From assembly GCA_040220235.1 (NCBI GenBank), contig JAVJTO010000158.1: DNA of 10,683 bases; one strand, 5' to 3'. Shown here in pieces: positions 7,891 to 10,683 of this stretch (its first letter is position 1; every line of letters starts with the position of its first letter). Origin of the DNA: Coleofasciculus sp. B1-GNL1-01 (lineage in GTDB: Bacteria; Cyanobacteriota; Cyanobacteriia; Cyanobacteriales; Coleofasciculaceae). The notes beneath the pieces are model-generated. The model had not been told where the DNA came from and did no database searches. It saw only the letters and a list, made by a program, of their open reading frames with translations. Both the position numbers and the translations under genes were made by a program.

Positions 7891-7941
7891 TTAACCATGA
7901 CACCCCTAATCAACAGACATCCTGATTCCATCCAGCGATTG

Positions 7942-7958
7942 TGGCACAATCAAGACAG
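7942..7958 (+). promoter_or_regulatory. Putative extended -10 (TGnCACAAT) of kinase 2
   Basis: TGGCACAATCAAGACAG, conserved with 5176-5192. Confidence 0.5.
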
Positions 7959-7978
7959 GATTATCGCAAAAATCATCA

Positions 7979-9313
7979 ATGGTCTGGCTTAAGGGACAGC
8001 AATTACACGGTCATCGCTACGTCATTGAACGCAAACTCGGTCAAGGTGGCTTTGGTATCACCTACCTGGTAAAAGACAGAAAAGGCAACTCCCTCGTCAT
8101 CAAAACCCTGACAGACGAGGTGATGACAAATCCAGACTTTATCGAGTTTCGCGATAAATACCAGCGAGATTTTGAGCGGGAAGCTACCCGATTAGCTGTA
8201 TGTAGACACCCCCATATTGTCCAGATTGAAAATGTCTTCCATGAACAATCACTCCCCTGTATCGCCATGGAATATATCCAGGGGGAAGACTTATGGCGAC
8301 GGGTGAGAAATCGCCATCCTTTATCAGAAGCTGAAGCATTAGGCTATATCCAACAGATTGGGGAAGCACTGACGGTGGTTCATGATAAGGGATTATTACA
8401 TCGAGATTTAAAACCGCAGAATATTATGGTGCGTTCTGGCGTATCAGAAGCGGTACTCATTGATTTTGGCATTGCTAGGGAGTTTATCCCTAATCTTACT
8501 CAAACCCATAGTGTTCATGTCACACCCGGTTTTGCGCCGATTGAGCAGTATGATGAACAGGCACATCGGGGAGAATATACGGATGTGTATGGGTTAGCGG
8601 CGACGCTGTATTGTTTACTAACGACAAAAGTACCACCGCCAGCATTTATGCGAGTGGTGCGGGATTCGTTACAACCACCACAGGCGCTGAATTCTAACGT
8701 GAGTGATAGGGTGAATCAAGGGATTTTGACGGGGATGGAACTGCAACCGGAAAATCGTCCTCAATCGGTGTCGGAATGGTTGCGGTTATTGATTCCCCAG
8801 AATTCGGGTGATGATTTGAGTTCAGAATGTGGTATCGATTACCGCCGACTGCGAGATTTATTAGCTGCTGGAGAGTGGAAAGAAGCAGATGAAGAAACGG
8901 CAGATAAAATGTTGGCTGTTATCGGCAAAGAAAAGTGGCGGAATGTTGAAAGAGAAGATATAGACAAATTTTCTTGTACTGACCTGCGAACGATTGACCG
9001 TCTCTGGGTAAAATACAGTAATGGACGCTTTGGTTTTTCTGTGCAAAAGCGAATTTGGCAAAGTGTAGGGGGTCAACCAGGCGTGTATGATGGAGACATC
9101 TACAACAAGTATGCGGACGTGTTGGGTTGGCGTGAACAGGGAAAAGAGAACCTTTCCTTTTGCCTAAATGCTCCCCAGGGGCATCTGCCAGGGGTGTGCC
9201 ATGTGTTAGTGTGGGATGGATTTGGGCCTTGGATATTAGTTGATGATTTGGAGGGATTGTGGATTGGGGTTATTTCTTCTCTCGCGTCGAGACTTGTAAA
9301 ATGTAACATATAA
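7979..9313 (+). CDS. Ser/Thr protein kinase with a C-terminal GUN4-like domain
   Basis: Kinase: LGQGGFGITY, HRDLKPQNI, LIDFG, TPGFAPIEQ, TDVYGLA. GUN4-like: DLSSECGIDYRRLRDLLAAGEWKEADEET, DLRTIDRLWVKYSNGRFGFSVQKRIW, APQGHLP. Confidence 0.93.
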   Translation: MVWLKGQQLHGHRYVIERKLGQGGFGITYLVKDRKGNSLVIKTLTDEVMTNPDFIEFRDKYQRDFEREATRLAVCRHPHIVQIENVFHEQSLPCIAMEYIQGEDLWRRVRNRHPLSEAEALGYIQQIGEALTVVHDKGLLHRDLKPQNIMVRSGVSEAVLIDFGIAREFIPNLTQTHSVHVTPGFAPIEQYDEQAHRGEYTDVYGLAATLYCLLTTKVPPPAFMRVVRDSLQPPQALNSNVSDRVNQGILTGMELQPENRPQSVSEWLRLLIPQNSGDDLSSECGIDYRRLRDLLAAGEWKEADEETADKMLAVIGKEKWRNVEREDIDKFSCTDLRTIDRLWVKYSNGRFGFSVQKRIWQSVGGQPGVYDGDIYNKYADVLGWREQGKENLSFCLNAPQGHLPGVCHVLVWDGFGPWILVDDLEGLWIGVISSLASRLVKCNI

Positions 9314-9373
9314 AGGTTTCAGCAGAATGTAACAATTTACAACAGAGGCAAAATCCACGAAGTCTTGCGAGTT

Positions 9374-9944
9374 CTACGTTGACCATACCTGGCACCGCCC
9401 CAACCCCAAAGAAGCTATCTGGGGATTAAAGCAATTAGCCAAGACAAATTTGTCAGCCACCTCATGTACTTCCCCCTCCGGCGCTTCCCACTGCGCCCAA
9501 GGTAGAAGCATTTGTCCTGGCGATGACTTTTTCGGTTTTCCCTTAACACTCAATCCCGCTAACAACCGACTTCCCCAATGATTTCGCTTTTCAGGTTTTG
9601 GTTGAGGGCGATATTTTTTGCAGAATCCGCGATACTTTGCCGCACATTCCTCTAATGTCTTCCCCAAAGATAAAAATGCTGGATGCCATTGCGTCAATCC
9701 ATCATCACCCAGTCTGTCATGAATACCATAATTACTGAAATCATAAAAATAGCCCTGCTGCATCCCAGCAGATTTAGGATTAGCGTTATTGGATTTTAAA
9801 CCTGTATTTATATTGTGATTTTTTGATGGCATACAGTAATACTTTCCGACATTCCAAGCGGGTGAGACGAAACTCACGATTATTACAGCGAACGGTGATA
9901 TGGTATGAGTATCCAGGTTTGAATTGACGAGGCTGGCGTGGCAT
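9374..9944 (-). pseudogene. Y1/HUH (IS200-like, RAYT-type) transposase pseudogene with an internal deletion and frameshift
   Basis: The N-terminal piece 9944..9786, not in the ORF track, reads MPRQPRQFKPGYSYHITVRCNNREFRLTRLECRKVLLYAIKKSQYKYRFKIQ*, a typical RAYT-type start. The C-terminal piece from 9784, in another frame, reads ANPKSAGM...YDFSNY. The HUH motif and catalytic Tyr expected between them are missing. Confidence 0.82.
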
Positions 9945-10008
9945 GATTTCTAATCAATTTAAACTTAATTTGAATGGTACTGACTTAAGCTAAAATTTTG
10001 TAGGCTAA

Positions 10009-10032
10009 ATAATTGTGCAATGGATAAACTAG
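10009..10032 (+). pseudogene. Relic of an xisH 3' end
   Basis: ATA ATT GTG CAA TGG ATA AAC TAG = IIVQWIN*, compared with VIRQWLN* in the intact xisH. Same 13-nt overlap with the xisI start. Confidence 0.6.
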
Positions 10033-10358
10033 AACAATATCGTCAAGCCGTCCAGCAAGTCTTAACCAAATATGGCAGCTATAAACCGATAAACGTACAG
10101 GTGGACGTACAAACAATTTTTGATACTGAACGCGACCATTATCAAGTGGTGAGTGTGGGTTGGCACAACGACAGACGAATCCACAGTTGCTCAATGCATA
10201 TCGATATTAAGCCGGATGGTAAGGTATGGATACAGCTTAATAATACTGAGGCACATTTAGCCGATGAGTTGATGGAATTGGGCGTGAATCGGGAGGATAT
10301 AGTATTAGGATTTCATAGTCCTTATATGCGGCAGTTTACCGATTTTGCCGTTGGTTAA
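10020..10358 (+). CDS. xisI: XisI family protein (orphan copy)
   Basis: MDKLEQYRQAVQQVL, FDTERDHYQVVSVGW, HIDIKPDGKVWIQ, NTE...ELMELGVNREDIVLGFHSPYMRQFTDFAVG. Confidence 0.94.
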   Translation: MDKLEQYRQAVQQVLTKYGSYKPINVQVDVQTIFDTERDHYQVVSVGWHNDRRIHSCSMHIDIKPDGKVWIQLNNTEAHLADELMELGVNREDIVLGFHSPYMRQFTDFAVG

Positions 10359-10391
10359 TTGTGGAATTAAACTGTATCTATAGGGAAGCAA

Positions 10392-10518
10392 TTTTCACCC
10401 TCTTCCCCTAACCCCTTCTCCCATCAAGGGAGAAGGGGAACCGGAAGTATTAATGATCAAAAATGTAGTCGGCTATATCTTATCTTGCTCCCCTCTCCCG
10501 TGCCAAAAAAGCGATAGC
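10392..10518. repeat. Direct-repeat copy of the 7745-7890 element with the right hairpin truncated
   Basis: 63 nt identical to 7745-7807, a similar spacer up to CCCCTCTCCC (10499), then GTGCCAAAAAA and the same terminal GCGATAGC. Confidence 0.9.
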
Positions 10519-10546
10519 ATCCTTTGTCATCCCCCCTCTTGTAGGG

Positions 10547-10683
10547 CAGGGCTAATTCATTGTGATGAGAGAAAATTAGGACGACCAGAATTTAGCGTAA
10601 ACTAAATCTTGCAGCCATAGTTTAATCGAGTCATTTGCTTGCTATGAAGGTCAATCTCCTGGAAGCCTTAACCCAAGTGCCAG
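10547..10683 (+). mobile_element. Left end of a probable ISAs1-family IS, cut by the window edge
   Basis: Terminal CAGGGCTAATTCA (ISAs1 ends typically start CAGGG), followed by a transposase-like start at 10644. Confidence 0.6.
10644..10683 (+). CDS. N-terminus of a probable ISAs1 (DDE_Tnp_1-associated) transposase, partial
   Basis: MKVNLLEALTQVP-(G..), matching the L-x2-L-x2-VPD-x-R start of ISAs1 transposases. Only 13 codons are visible. Confidence 0.55.
   Translation, partial: MKVNLLEALTQVP

Noticed and set aside
8062..9309. Four short minus-strand ORFs inside kinase 2
   Set aside because: Antisense shadows without motifs.
9191..9313. Classical DGR in this window
   Set aside because: No reverse transcriptase, Avd or adenine-differing template repeat is visible. 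A remote DGR cannot be excluded.
9300..9340. TGTAACAATTTACA as an NtcA site, and the repeated AATGTAACA
   Set aside because: Spacing is N6 rather than N8, it lies between convergent genes, and the match is short and AT-rich.
9374..9877. 167-aa ORF as an intact gene
   Set aside because: Its first ~31 codons are an off-frame reading of the transposase N-terminal region; the real start is 9944 in another frame.
9985..10194. 69-aa minus-strand ORF
   Set aside because: Antisense to xisI.
823..10518. CRISPR array built from the hairpin or tandem repeats
   Set aside because: Copies are kilobases apart or lack unique spacers, and there are no cas genes.

Overview
This is cyanobacterial chromosomal DNA: it has HIP1 GCGATCGC octamers, an NtcA-like box, and XisH/XisI, GUN4 and Uma2 genes. 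The left ~6.2 kb is HIP1-rich. It carries a Uma2 endonuclease whose C-terminus was replaced by a TA-flanked MITE, a LuxR-HTH/TIR/AAA_35 (STAND-like) protein, a stand-alone gltD and a membrane-anchored Ser/Thr kinase. The right ~4.5 kb has no perfect HIP1 site and looks accessory. It carries a DUF433 pseudogene, an xisH-xisI pair, a paralogous kinase with a GUN4-like domain, a RAYT/Y1-type HUH transposase pseudogene missing its catalytic core, an orphan xisI with an xisH relic, and the left end of a probable ISAs1 element. Intergenic DNA is dense with REP/SDR-like hairpins, MITE remnants and heptamer repeats. The most intriguing signal is an 84-nt G/T-rich, C-depleted in-frame block at the 3' end of the kinase-GUN4 gene, bounded by short palindromes and next to the HUH pseudogene. 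It is a candidate hypervariable cassette, which one window cannot prove. All family assignments come from motif recognition, not database searches.
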